DNA of 64,000 nucleotides from contig NC_043000.1 of the NCBI RefSeq assembly GCF_006345805.1, positions 153,512,001-153,576,000 of the forward strand, written 5' to 3'. The stretch's first letter is position 1; the number at the start of each line of letters is the position of its first letter. Below are positions 1 to 13,574 of this stretch, piece after piece. Position numbers and translations under genes: made by a program. The DNA is from Octopus sinensis (Eukaryota). A model generated the notes under the pieces. It saw only the letters and a list, made by a program, of their open reading frames with translations. It had not been told where the DNA came from and searched no databases.

Positions 1-536
1 TCAAGTGGCTTGCCTTTTCCACTGTAGTTTGGATATCTCTCATAATGGTACTTGCATGACTTTTACAGCTAAATTATTTTAATTTCTTGAGTTTGCTCAG
101 TTTTTCAAATGGGAGTTTAATTTAAGGATGAATTATGTGTATGGTCTTAAGTAATTAAAATCTTCCCCTTAAAATTAGCATTTTATTTTGATGACCTTTA
201 AACAGAGTTCCTGGATCTTTCAAGCACATCTCCAATTAAATCCATCGTGACTGCATTCAAGAGTTATTTTCAGTGATTAACGCGAGTTACGAAGGAATAA
301 CGGGAATAGCGAGTTAACTTTCAAATCACAATATGCAATAACATCTATATTTGATAATGCTGATGGGGAATAATACGATGTTTTTTTTTTAAATTCCGTT
401 GTTCATGTTTTTGAACTTTTTTGTCCTTGCTAATCATCTATTCAATGCAAGAGATGTTATCCTGAAACACTTGCAGAATACTGTCTACTGGGAAAAAATG
501 TCTTTCCTTAAGAGTCATACTCCATCAGACTCTTGT

Positions 537-836
537 GGAGACACATGGCCTAGTGGTTAGAGCAGTGGACTCGCGGTCGAGGGATCGCGGGTTCGAATCT
601 CAGACCAGGTGATGTGTGTGATTATGAGCGAAAACACCTAAGCTCCACGCGGCTCCGGCAGAAGGTAATGGTGAACTTCTGCTGACTCTTTCGCCACAAT
701 TTTCTCTCACTCTTTCTTCCTACATCTTGCAGCTCACCTGCGACGGACCGGCGTCCCGTCCAGGTGGGGAACCTATGCGCCAAGGAAACCAGGAAACCGG
801 CCTTTATGAGCCAGGCGTGGCTCGAGAAGGAACAAA
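537..836 (+). mobile_element. tRNA-derived SINE, family C, tail type 1
   Basis: A-box TGGCCTAGTGG (546-556) and B-box GGTTCGAATCT (590-600). Head and body match 36478-36780, 49817-50192 and 59174-59491. Ends in AACAAACA. Confidence 0.85.
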
Positions 837-1371
837 CATTAGTCTCTTGGTTAAACTGCATTGTGACCTGCCATTCTTGTTCTCATATGGCGTATGTGCC
901 ACACCGACATTTCTAGACACTTTAATCTGCCTTAATTTAAAGGAATTCATACACGGATACATGCATGTGTGGTGTGTGTGTGTGTGTGCGTGTGTACTCA
1001 TTTATATACTTGTGTAAGTATCTACGTATGTACTTATTTACGTATATGTGTACGTGAGCGTGTTTTATGTACAAGCATGCAGAAGTATTTATAGGGGTAT
1101 ATATACGTATTCCTGTGTATGCACTTTAACCTTCTATTTGATCTAAAATACAAACATCCCGAAGGAATTTATAATTTAATACAGAGCCTTTTGCTTGGAG
1201 ACGTACTTCTCTCTATCATTCACTTCTATTATTATTCGTTTTTTATCCTATGTATGTGTAGACGTATGTGAGTATGCGTATGTGCGTGTGAGTGTATCAC
1301 ACATGCACATGCAGACACACATACACACGCACACGTACACATACACACACATGGATACATATGAATGTATG

Positions 1372-1456
<85 letters not shown>
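1372..1456. repeat. (TA)n microsatellite
   Basis: Near-pure TA run. Confidence 0.95.
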
Positions 1457-1457
<1 letters not shown>

Positions 1458-1709
1458 CAAATTTGAGGATAAAATTCTTTTCGAAAAAAAATATTTTCTC
1501 GAAAAACATTTCATCAATGGCCAGCATATTAAAAAAATACCTTTAACGGTTAAATTTATAAACAATTCATAAATGAGGGCAAAGGAAAAAATTTCTAATG
1601 CCAAATATGTCGAAAAATTGGACATATTGTCTATTAACCATATAATTTTTTCACAATACGCACGCTACTCGAAAAAAGATCGAAAGAAATTTCTAAAAAA
1701 TTCCACTAT

Positions 1710-1767
1710 TACCATATCGGACCGATTTCAGAGTTAGCTACTAAGAGCCCTCTCTTCGTCAGTGATA
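1710..1767 (-). ncRNA. Type I hammerhead ribozyme motif (probably Penelope-like element derived)
   Basis: Minus strand reads TATCA-CTGACGA-AGAG...CTCT-GAAA-TCG-GTC-CGA-TA-TGGTA. Intact core, 4-bp stem II, stem III with palindromic ATCGG-T-CCGAT, 5-bp stem I with one G-U pair. Confidence 0.7.
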
Positions 1768-2079
1768 CATGTGGCAAAAGAAATATATGTATGTATGTAT
1801 GATATATTTGTGTAAATATGTGTGTATAGGTATGCGTATGCGTGTGTACATGTGTGAGTTGGTTTGTGTTTTTGTGTTTCTATAATTTATATGTTTCCAC
1901 CAAACTCTCAAAGACTTGAAGAATCCTAATTTCAGTTTGTTTCTGAAACACTCGAAAAATTCTTGTCGCAGTCGCAGTACATCCTTACCCGAATCATCAT
2001 CAGCTACTCTGAAATCCTATTTATTGCTTGTTCAGAAAAGAACGGTGACGAGTAGTGATGAAGGGCGAGTTTAATTAGC

Positions 2080-2096
2080 CTCTCAATCTCTCTCTC

Positions 2097-2142
<46 letters not shown>

Positions 2143-2289
2143 CATCCATCTATCACTCTATCTATCTCCACACACACACATATATATGTACGCATGTTTG
2201 TATATACACTCGCACACAACTACACACATATATAAAAATATATACATATAGATACACACATGTATATATGTATATGCATATATATATAT

Positions 2290-2347
<58 letters not shown>

Positions 2348-2660
2348 GCATACATTTATATATACATACATGCACACATGCACACACTCACACACATACA
2401 CACATTCACACACATACACATACTTATATATGTATGTGTACAATTTTGGAACTCAACATGCCATTTCAAGGGAGACCGATATCATCTCTTTTTGTTTTTT
2501 TTATTATCCTCCTCATTCTTTCCATTTCTCTTCTATCCGTCGCAACACTCTGTTTTTCTGCCTGGTTTTTCTGTCTTGTATTTTCTTCTTCTCCCTCTTT
2601 CACACACACACACACACACACCACACACACACCACACACACACACACATATATATATATG
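2080..2660. repeat. Compound microsatellite block (CT, TA, CA)
   Basis: Successive (CT)n, (TA)n and (CA)n tracts with short spacers. Confidence 0.9.
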
Positions 2661-3634
2661 TACCTTTCATCTGTCTTTCTCTTACACCAACCTTGTTACG
2701 ATATTTTCTAAACAAATTTTTTCGTCTTCACCGTATTTCCAGTTTCTCATTTGTTTTGTCTCATTTCACTGACTTTACACACTCGCCTCCTTCTCCGACC
2801 CCCCCCCCTATGTTTTTCTCTCACTGTCTCTCTTCCTCTTGTTTTTTTTTTTTTTTTTTTTCATGGCTCCCGCTCCAATCTACTTCTGTTGTTTGTTTTC
2901 TATCCTGTATCTATCTTTTCTGCTTGTTTTTCTGCTTTTCTATCACCCGTGTCTTCAATTTTTGTCTTTTCTTCACCTCTTTTCTTCACTTCTTTACCGC
3001 AAGAAGTACTATCCCACCTCCCTCATGCTCAATGGCTCATACAACACAAGCCAAGACACCGTAGAATTTATTTCGGGATTTTGATGCCTCCATGTTCGGA
3101 GCATTTAGTACAGAAAAATAAATAAATAAATGGAAAGAAAAATAAATAAATAAATGGAAAGAAAACAAATAAAAGGAATAATAACAACAACAACAAAAAA
3201 TGTTGAGAGTAAATAGAGGTGAGAAAGAGAAAGAGAAAGAAAAAGACAGAGTATAAACGATATCAGAGAGTGAAAGAATAGCTGAAGTGGGTGGGGTGGG
3301 GGGGGGGAAAGAGAAGTATGTAGAAGTAGAAATGGGAAAACAAATGGAAGGGAAAATTTAGAAAGTAATGTAAGATATAGTAAAATATGGCAGGAGAGGA
3401 GTGAGAGGGAGAGAGAGTAAAAGTAAGGAGTGGATGAGAGAGGGAGAAAAAGCAACAGATGTAAAGTGCAATAGGAAGAAAAGGAGGGAAAATAAAGAAT
3501 ACTACAGGGACGCCACCAGTCCCCATTCTGCCTACTTATAATGTATAATGCATATGTGTATATGCATATATGTATCTATTAAAACTGTTTCCGTCTTTTG
3601 TATTACATATATACACCTATGTATGAATTTATGC

Positions 3635-3704
<70 letters not shown>

Positions 3705-3718
3705 GTGTGTGCGTGTGT

Positions 3719-3739
3719 CTATCTATCTATCTATCTATA

Positions 3740-3798
<59 letters not shown>

Positions 3799-3830
3799 GT
3801 AACTATCTATCTATCTATCTATCTGTGTAA

Positions 3831-3878
<48 letters not shown>

Positions 3879-3894
3879 GTATCTATCTATGTAA

Positions 3895-3944
<50 letters not shown>
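3719..3944. repeat. (TATC)n tetranucleotide microsatellite
   Basis: Long interrupted ATCT array. Confidence 0.95.
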
Positions 3945-3946
<2 letters not shown>

Positions 3947-4149
3947 GTAACTATGTATGTGTGTGTGTGTGTGTGTGTGTTTCATCTTTTACTTGTTTCA
4001 TCCCGTAAAATATGGTTATGCTATCATGCTAGGCCCTTTTGTGTTGCTACACTTTTATTGATCTTCTTTTTTCTGTTGTCATTTAGTGAGAGAATTCAAA
4101 GTTACTGTCCTCAGTTGTGTTTCTTGCCGAGAAACAGGCACATCTTGAA

Positions 4150-5530
4150 TTCTAGACAATAGAAGGTAGAGTTGGGTTTTCTGAACACTCTTACATTCAT
4201 CCCATGTCGCTTTCCTCACTCTTTCGGTAGGATACTGAAAGGCTGTAGACCTTTGAACGCTAGGTTATTGCAATTTCTGGCCTTAAATCTGAATGGCATA
4301 GATTTGGTCTACGGTACTATGATGTGGTACCCTTTTCGTAAATTAGCATAGTTTTGAATGCGAAAGTTTGGCGCAAGCTCTTCTAAGATCTTCCAGGCGT
4401 ATATTACTGTAGTTCTTCCCAATCTTCGTTTTAGGGAGGAGAGTCTTATCTTTTTCAGATTTAACGACCGATCTGTTGTATTGAGATAATCTTCGTCTGG
4501 CAGCATTGATTTGATTCAAGTTGGCTTATTAATTTTGTTGTATGTAGCGATCACAATTGGAAGGGATAATCTAGTAGGCTACAACTGATGTCCACATGAC
4601 CATGATGGTTTCTCGTCCTCTTCTTCTGAAAGTTCTTAGAATCTATCCGCCTAGCCACCAACACTTCATTGCCATCTTAGTAATAGGCACATGGAAAGAT
4701 TCATCACTACTCATGTTAATTCTCAGGCAGCTTTGGGACTGCAATCTCTCTTGTTCTTGTGTATTTCGTTTGTATTGTATTTACCTTTGTTGAAAGTGAA
4801 GGGTTTGGGCGTTTTCGGTAGTCCGTTGCATACTGCTTTCTGCAGCCCACTTTAGCATTTGAATTATGTTATAGGTGTACAGCATCTCTACGATTCTTTA
4901 TTACCAGCAATATTTTGTATCATTTTCATTGCTAGGGTGTGTGGCTGCTGTTTATAGCTGATGATATGTTGAGAGATCCGCCATGAACAGCAGTTGCTCC
5001 AAGACAGTATACTATGAGATAACATTCCCTATGTCATCCAGCCATTCCCCCAATACCGAGATGACACTGTTTGTGAGATATTTCTGTGGTCAACATCGAA
5101 GGCTTTCGTAAAGTCGAGATAAATTTTATAATAATTTAAGGATTTGAGTGATTGTTTTAACATCTGTTGGGACTATGTTAGGTAACTTCTTACTGCCCAA
5201 AACTCATTTAGCGTTAGCAAGTCGTTTTCAAGAAACGTGATTAATTTCCTTGTTACGATACGTTCTATGACTTCGCCGACATGTGAGGTCAAAGTGAGAA
5301 ATTTGTTCATTTTAGAATCTGCCCTACTTCCGCCTTTACGAATGGAATATATTAAGCGTTTTATAAGTTGTCAAGAAGCTAGCCATTTGCCAGGAAACTC
5401 TGGAATAGAGATTGTAGTGGTTTTGCTAGGGCTCGTTCACACGTTTTCAGAAGGATCGCTGGAAATCTATCAAGGCCGATAGAAGAGTTTTGGCTTATTT
5501 CATCTATGGTCACTATGTCATCAATAATTG
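4150..5530 (-). mobile_element. Degraded CR1/L2-group LINE, RT and C-terminal remnant
   Basis: Minus strand gives IYLDFTKAFDVDH near 5090-5125 and SSLKRRLGRTTVIYAWKILEELAPNF (ORF 4309-4506). Many stops and frameshifts. Confidence 0.75.
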
Positions 5531-5970
5531 CTACCTCCTTGTGTGCAAAACAATTGCTTGGCGGTAATTGGGACCAACTCTAATTGAGGATGAGATGTTA
5601 TCTTAAATATCAAATATTCTCTAAAACTGACATACCGCTTCATTAAATAATAGATACATATATATACTTACATATGTATATACACAGGTGCAAATCTACG
5701 TGTGCGTGTTTATTGCTATATGTATGTATATACATAAGCACATAAATCCATGTTACTTTATATTGATATATACACACGTATCACTGTACATATAAATATA
5801 TACAAATTATATAAATCTGTATTTATTCATATATACAGTTCTATGTATGTATATATCAATATAGACGTACATGTGCAGCAGGAACATTTGATCACTATAA
5901 GCAAATCATTTGTGCGGGTCATTCGGCAAAAGCTGAACACTCATATGTCATCTTCGACAGGGCAGTCCAT

Positions 5971-6024
<54 letters not shown>

Positions 6025-6041
6025 AGTGTGCGTTATTGTAT

Positions 6042-6364
6042 ATAAGCGGAAAGTGTAACCTATCGAAAGATCTGTTCTTCACTCCTGCCCCAGAGCGTAG
6101 GTTGCGGGGTCACTCCGAAAAGCTCTATCTGCAACGATTTCATCTCAATCGAAGGAGAGGGGCTTTCTCCGTCCGGGTTGCGGATCCGTGGAATAAGCTG
6201 CCGGACGAGATGGTGAAGATGCCGACGACCGCTCGGTTCAAAGCCTCTCTTGACCAGAAATGGCCTGAACTCTTTGCATGAACACCCTCCTTGTACATAA
6301 CTCCATGTCCCCCTACATGGCCTTGCTTTTTGCTTTTTGAGCCAAAAAATTAACTAACTAACTA
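6042..6364 (+). mobile_element. CR1 LINE 3' end, (AACT)n-tailed family, copy 1
   Basis: Encodes ISGKCNLSKDLFFTP...FSVRVADPWNKLP...KWPELFA*, then 3' UTR and AACT repeats. Close match to 34147-34640 and 31875-32030. Confidence 0.9.
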
Positions 6365-6423
6365 GCATAATTGGAAGAGGAATGAACATACCAAAAGTAG
6401 CAAAGGAGTGACAGATACTTGAA

Positions 6424-6510
6424 AGAGAGAGAGAGAGAGAGAGTGGAGAGCAGAGAGTCGTGGAGAGAATGTGAGAGAGACAGAGGGTGAAAGAGAACAG
6501 ACAGTGTGGT

Positions 6511-6551
<41 letters not shown>
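6424..6551. repeat. (GA)n-rich tract
   Basis: GA dinucleotide runs. Confidence 0.9.
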
Positions 6552-6554
<3 letters not shown>

Positions 6555-7349
6555 ATGCGGCGAGGACTTTGAGAAAGAGAAAATAAGCGAGAAAGAAATT
6601 TCAAGAATGAGTTGGAGACTGGAATAAACACATAACTCCTGAAATGTTTTAACCCATCCTCACGTACCAGATCAACATTCATCCCTACTTCATCTCAAGT
6701 GTTCCTTTTTATTTGGGAGGTCTTGTGACAACTCCATACCCATATATATCATCTTATAACGCGGGAATAAAAAGTTGAACATGAACATAGTTTCAATTTA
6801 CATTTGACCATTTCTCTACTTGGTGCTGCTGCTTTACTACTGTAAAAAGTCTTTGAAAATATCTTCTCATTTTGGCTGTCAATTGCAACCCGCTTTTGCT
6901 TTTTATTTGACGGCAGTTTGCTTCATCTATGTTTTCGAGATATATATATATATATAAGCATCGCAATGTGTTTTCTTTCCTCTTCTATTAATTTTTAGTC
7001 CTGTAATAAATCATTTCTGTTACAAGCACATTGGAAGGAAAATAGGTACCTATTTGTAATCTCCTAATGAGCCGAAATCGGGAGATTTTCCGTTTAAAGA
7101 CAACTTTACACTTTAAGCGTTGTGGCAAAAAAGCTTGACTGTCACTTGAGCTTATTTTACCTTCTATAAATATGTGGTTTATAGAGAATAAGAAATCATT
7201 TTATTGCGACCGATAATACGTAAATGAATGACACTATAAAACTTTCCTACATATTTTCTGGTGCATTAGTTATTTCAAGGCTAAGTCATTGTTGTTGAAC
7301 CGAAGTTTCATGTTCTATTACGCTCACTTCATTGTGAGTCGAATTTAAA

Positions 7350-8000
7350 TGTACAGGCACCAGTAACGATTCGGTAAAGAAATCATTGCTTGTGTCCATG
7401 AGTTGGTCGGTGACGAGCAAGCAAACCAGCGGAGATTGTGGTTCGTTGATTTTTGTTGTTGTCACTTAAAGCATGCGGAATTCATGCTCCATACTTCTGA
7501 ACCTTTCCCATCGAGTGAAGATGCTTCTCTACAGTAGTGTGGGAGCATTCCATTTTCTCTCCCAGTTCTCTTGTCGTTTGACGAGGATTTTCGTGCAAAT
7601 GTTGGTTTAATCGCTCTTCATCGAACTCAACTGGACGGCCAGAACGAGGTGCGTCTTTGAGGTCAAAATTTCTAGTTTTGAACTTGGCACACCAATCACG
7701 AGCGGTTCTTTCAGCTCTCTCCATACACAGCACAAATGTCGCGAGCAGCTTTTGCGGCCTTAGAACCTTCATTAAAAGCAAAGAGAAGGAGGTGTCGAAA
7801 ACGCTCGTTTTTCTTAACTTAACATTCCATTTTAATGATCTGAAAATAAACAAAAAGTAACTAAAATTAATTAGAAAAAAGAATAGATTCCGAAATGATT
7901 CAAAAATAGAATTCTCGAACAAAATAGATTCCAGAATTTAAAAACGCAATAAATTCCAAAATTTAAAAGAACGGCGGGAAGTTAGTTGCCAACCCAATAT
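7350..8000 (-). mobile_element. Mariner transposon 5' half (pseudogenised transposase plus one TIR)
   Basis: Minus strand: start near 7830, ME(C*)VKKNERFRHLLLFAFNEGSKAAKAARDICAVYG, then FDLKDAPRSGRP, then KYGA*IPHALS (WVPHEL-like motif with W to TGA at 7482-7484), FLYRIVTG. TIR-like TATTGGGTTGGCAACTAA ends near 8000. Confidence 0.9.
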
Positions 8001-9611
8001 TTAATGTGACCTGTGCATTTTTGGAGAGTTTGGACCAAACAAGACAAAATAATTGAATATAGCTAACTAATCAGCTTCTACTAATTACAGCCGTGAACTG
8101 TATCTTTATATTTGAAGTAAGTGCTACCAGTAACCTCAATAAAACTATCACCTTCCTGATAATGCTAAATTCTTTTCTTTCTTATTATCCGTAGGATGCC
8201 TGTTTGATTGCGTTACACACAGCTATTCTATCACTTATTCTTCGACTAAAGTAATTGTTCAGTGTCGCTTTCTTCTCGATTGAAAGCTTCCAGTTAGATA
8301 TCTTCCGTACAGGAGGCAACGACTTTCTGTTAAATATAATACACTTTAATATTTCGGTCTCCACATTCTTCTTTATCTAAATAAACTATTCGCTCACTGT
8401 CATCTTGAACCACAAACATTCTTCTATTGATATGAACATATATATATATATTTAAACATTTACTTCTCATCCATTATCTAGACATGAAGCCCATCTGCAC
8501 AAAATTATCATTCCTTACACTATGCGCCCGTTACCTCCATGAATATAATACTCGAAGGAATTTTGCTAACGTGGACATGGCGAACTAATGTCTTTCTAAG
8601 GACATAAGATCTCTTCATATTTTGAGATTATAGGCCTAGAAAACACATCTACCCTCAACAGTTGCTTATACTCTATCAAGTACATTTAAGGCCCCAAATG
8701 ATTTAAATGTCATTGTAGGTATAAAACACATGCAATTCTGTCACATATTCTACTTCGTACTCAACATAATCGTCTACATGATACTCAGTTTCTCAATTAA
8801 TTACACATTACAAAAGCTAGTCAATCGAATCACATTATCCGACTTTTGTTTTGTTTCCATACCCACGTACTCGAATGATCCAGCGTTTCTGAACTTACCA
8901 AATCTATAATCTCTCCACAGAAACACATGCTCCCGTTACATTTTCTTCATCTGAATACCTTGCTCTAAATACGTAGCAAACGGTTGCTATCTAAGTTTTC
9001 CAAGAGAAATAGTCGGCAACAGTTCAGATTTCTGCACCACACTGAATAACTTACCAGTCAAGTAAATCAGAATATGCTGATTACATAATTCTAACAAACA
9101 CCCACCAAACAGTCCACTTGATCAGGGTTCACTTAGGCGCTTCACAAGAACAATATAACTAATGTCGTTAACAGAAGTCTAAAATTTTCCATGAGCACCG
9201 CCACATTTCTTAAGATTGAATAAAGAGAATAAATCAAACTAAAAAAAAAAACAGACAACGAAACCTGGTTGGGAACTTATGCTACTGGGACAGCAGGTTT
9301 TAGCATTTGGATTATATGAATTACTTTGCTCTAATATGAAGTAGTGTGTCTGACAGCTAATAAGGCATGGGAGATTATGCACCTCAGTTTTGGCAGACTT
9401 TTCCTTGAACCACTGCTTAACCCCTGCCAAGAAGCTAAATGCTAATCTTCTGCTTACCAGATGCAAATTGATTTTATTTACAGGGACACTTATTTTTCTT
9501 TTCTTGATGGGTGTTGAGTTGGAGATGATCTTACAATTGAGACAGTTGACAAATAAACCAGATTGTTTAACATTATCCAAAAATCAGTCGTTTTATTATA
9601 TTCATCTCCCC

Positions 9612-9731
9612 AGGCGGCGAGCTGGCAGAATCGTTAACACGGCAGGCATAATGCTTAGCAGCATTTCATCCGCTTTTACATTCTGAATTCAAATTCCGCC
9701 GAGGTCGACTTTGCCTGTCATACTTTCGGGG
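9612..9731 (+). mobile_element. SINE family B, 3'-truncated
   Basis: GGCGGCGAGCTGGCAGAATCGTT head and B-box-like GAATTCAAATTCC. Matches other copies in the window. Confidence 0.85.
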
Positions 9732-10338
9732 TTATTTAAGCCCTGCTCTCGAAATCGTTGGCCGTGTGTCAAAATTTGATACCAATATCTTCATCTCCCA
9801 ACGAGCATAATTATGAAAATCCCATGGCTATCCTACATATCTATAACAACACTGTCCAATGTGCCCTTCATTTTTTTAAAGACTAGTGAAATGCTCAACT
9901 ATTTCGAGCAGTTTTAGTGACCACGTAAATTCTCACTAGCATGAAATGTTCTACATCTATAATATAGCACCAATAATGAAGTGAAAAAGATCCCAATGAT
10001 CACATCATCTGATAATGATGTACTTGATCGATTAATGCTGATAGGTACAAGTCCAGGAACTTTGTTAGAGAGATGAAAACGATTATGTCAACTTCAGTGC
10101 CTGATTGGCATTTATTTTCTCGAACTTGTTACAAAAAAATTCTACCCTAGTGGGACTTAAACTCCGAACTTTAAATAGGCGTTATTAAATAACTCAAGGT
10201 AATTCCTGGCCACTATTGATTTTGAATATGCACTGATCTGTCACTTCCCACTTCAGCACTTAGTACAATGACCTAGCTCTACACAACAATGATTTTTTTT
10301 TTTTAATTGGAGAAGGAAAATACACACACATGTATGTT

Positions 10339-10550
10339 GGTTTCAAATTTTGGTACAAGGCCAGCAATTTCAAGGTGGTAGGTAAGTCGATTACATCGGC
10401 CCCAGTGCTCAACTGGTACTTATTTTATCGACCATGAAAGGATGAAAGACAGAGTAGTCGACCTCAGTGGAATTTGAACTCAGAACTTAAAGGTGAACGA
10501 AAAGCTGCTAAGCGTTTTGCCCAGCGTGGTAACGATTCTGCCAGCTTGCC
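10339..10550 (-). mobile_element. SINE family B, near full length
   Basis: Reverse-complement match to 54688-54895, including the GGTCGATAAAATAAGTACCAG core and the CAAAATTTGAAACCA tail. Confidence 0.85.
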
Positions 10551-10554
10551 TCAC

Positions 10555-10568
10555 ATACACACACACAC

Positions 10569-10623
<55 letters not shown>

Positions 10624-11054
10624 TCACTCACACACACACACATATACTGGTGATGGAGTATGTCAATGGTGGCTCGCTAGATGATAATGACGATGATGAT
10701 GATGATGACATTTTATATGTTATTACTGATGTGACGTTGTTAGGGACGATACCGTTTATGATGTTGCTCTTGTGTGTATTTGATGCTGAAAATAATGGTG
10801 CTGCTGCTGCTACTGCCGATGATGATGATCACGATCATCATTATTATCATCATCATCATGATTATAGTGATGATAATGCCAGTTTGGGTGTTACTCTCAT
10901 TTGCTAATGTAGTTTCTGTAGATTTTATTCCCAAACTACTCCTTCCCCAAACACTAAGACACAAAAAGTACCAAAAATCCTGGTCGCCCGAATTCCATTC
11001 CACGTTGGACAATTATTTCTATATTTCTTTGTTTTGTTTTCAGTTTTATATGTC

Positions 11055-11108
<54 letters not shown>

Positions 11109-11408
11109 GTGTGCGTGTGTGTGTGTGTGTGTGTGCATGTGTAATGCGCGTATATATGTCTATCTCACTTCACATATGTATGTAACATGCGTATGTATGC
11201 GTGTGTATTACGTATTTGTTTTTATTTAAAATTGTGTGTATATATATATATGTGTGTGTGTGTATGTATATATATGTATATATATGTATCCATGCATGTG
11301 TGCGTATATATACATACACAATGCACGCATAAAGTAACACACACACACAGACAGAAATACACTCAATATATATATATATATATGTAAATACATACATATA
11401 TATATATA

Positions 11409-11447
<39 letters not shown>

Positions 11448-11531
11448 ATCTATATATATATATATATATAATACACATACACATATATATATATAATATA
11501 TATATATATATACATACATACATACATATAT

Positions 11532-11604
<73 letters not shown>

Positions 11605-11628
11605 TATATATAGATATATATATATATA

Positions 11629-11665
<37 letters not shown>

Positions 11666-12035
11666 TTATTTTGATTTGCTCTGTTCAAGACAATAGAATG
11701 AATTATGGAAAGCTAAACGTCTCCTCACCCCCAGCCGCCAGGGCAAGCTGCTGGGCCGTGCCATTCCAACAGAACGCTATCGCTGAGAAATTGTTCATCT
11801 CCACCTGTTATAGTCTTTTGCTTTCACAGTCACATGTATACACACACACACACACACACACATACACACACACTCAAAGTACGCGTACACATAAATACAT
11901 TATACCCACTCATATAGATATGATACACTACACTTAGATTCTATGACACACAAGCACCCCCCAAAACACATACGTATACATGTGTGTGTGTTTATATACA
12001 TACACATATATTTGTTTGTGTCTGTATGTATATAC

Positions 12036-12078
<43 letters not shown>

Positions 12079-12140
12079 CACACGAACGAAACAAGCGGCT
12101 TATACATATTATGTACACACACACACACACACATATAGGT
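10555..12140. repeat. Dense microsatellite field (CA, GAT/CAT, GT, TA)
   Basis: Several simple-repeat tracts separated by short unique islands. Confidence 0.9.
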
Positions 12141-13399
12141 TCATATTTTAGTACAGACATAAACACATAAATTACACCGTCGCATACAAGAATCTACACA
12201 GTTGTTTAGGTGTTTTGTGTGTGTGTGTGTGTGTTTGTTTGCTTGTATATTTAGACTAATAGCATTATCAGAATCCATATGTGAGTCGAGGTTTAACTGA
12301 ACACTACACAGGACTGTGTAGAACTTAATATACTTACACATACTAGCAGCAAAGTTATACTTAGTGCAAAAAGAAAAGCACAAGAAGAAATAACAAACAA
12401 GACATAAATACAGTTATTAATTATGTATGGGCATGCGTGTGGTTGGAATTTCGGAATGCTTAAAAGCTCAGCTTAAAGCAATATTCAGATTCATATTTTC
12501 GTCTTTCAGAATTCCAGCCATAAGTCAAGGCAATGCTATACTATATAAAAGGCCCTCACGGTAATTGCCTGCCTTTGTAGAATGTAAGGATGACATTTCA
12601 TCTGCAACCCTTCCACCCTCCAGTCTCATGAATAAATTAAGAAGAGAGATAGAGAGCGAGAAGAGAAGAGAGAGTAACAACAGATAAACGAGAGGGGCGA
12701 CAAGGCGTGTGCGTCTGTACGTCTGTCTGTGTGAGTGAGAGAGAGATAGATAGAGGGAGAGAAAGAGAGAAATCTGTGACATTAAGATACATTGAAAATA
12801 ATCGAAGCTTGTTTCTCCACTTCCTACGACCGGGTGAGATTAAGAATAAGACTCCAAACACTTTTAATAAAGTATGAAAGCATCTAGACGTTCAAGTTAC
12901 AGTTATTTGTCTTTATAACATTCTAATTCGTCACCTGAGCAATTTTTGGCTTTACAAATATTTGTGAGTAAACTACTGAATTTTAGAACCACAAGTCGAT
13001 AACTGAAGGTTTTTGCAAGGCAAAAATCTAGAAATAGAACTTTCTGAAAGGTATATAAAAGATGCTATTTCTCAAATCTTCAAAACTGTACCTCTTGAAT
13101 CTCAGTTGGTAGTTTACATATTTTAGATTCACTCTATCGTGGATCACTGCATTCTGATCTACACTGACTGATTTTGCTTGGAAATATTGCCGGTAAATTT
13201 TTCATTTGGTTTATTTTTATAATAAGCAATTAGATTTAATGCTTTGAACGAGAGGTATATCGGACTTTGAGCGATGCTTGAGTATCCTTCATTGTTTCTT
13301 ATATTATCGATCTGAAAGAATTGTTATTCAGAAACGACGATTGTAATATTTATGATAATTCTTTGGCTACCCACCTTAAAAATATTAGATCTAATCTGA

Positions 13400-13448
<49 letters not shown>

Positions 13449-13451
13449 TAT

Positions 13452-13482
<31 letters not shown>

Positions 13483-13574
13483 TATATAAACACACACACA
13501 CATGCACATATATATATACATATAAATACACACATATATACATATATATACATATACATACATATATATATAAA

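Noticed and set aside
537-612. tRNA gene at SINE heads (also 49817 and 59174)
   Set aside because: A and B boxes are present, but the acceptor stem does not close and the sequence continues into a shared SINE body.
1195-3900. Long ORFs rich in YI/HT/CV/LS (for example 2378-3064, 228 aa; likewise 22280-23017 and 44638-45234)
   Set aside because: They are translations of stop-free microsatellite and pyrimidine tracts, with no domain-like sequence.
6740-6945. Possible non-autonomous DNA transposon fragment
   Set aside because: Single copy in the window, with no TIR pair or TSD visible.
9458-9529. Possible 72-nt minus-strand exon (IISNSTPIKKRKISVPVNKINLHL, donor GTAAGC)
   Set aside because: Weak acceptor, unrecognised peptide, and opposite strand to the other exon candidate; not supportable without RNA data.
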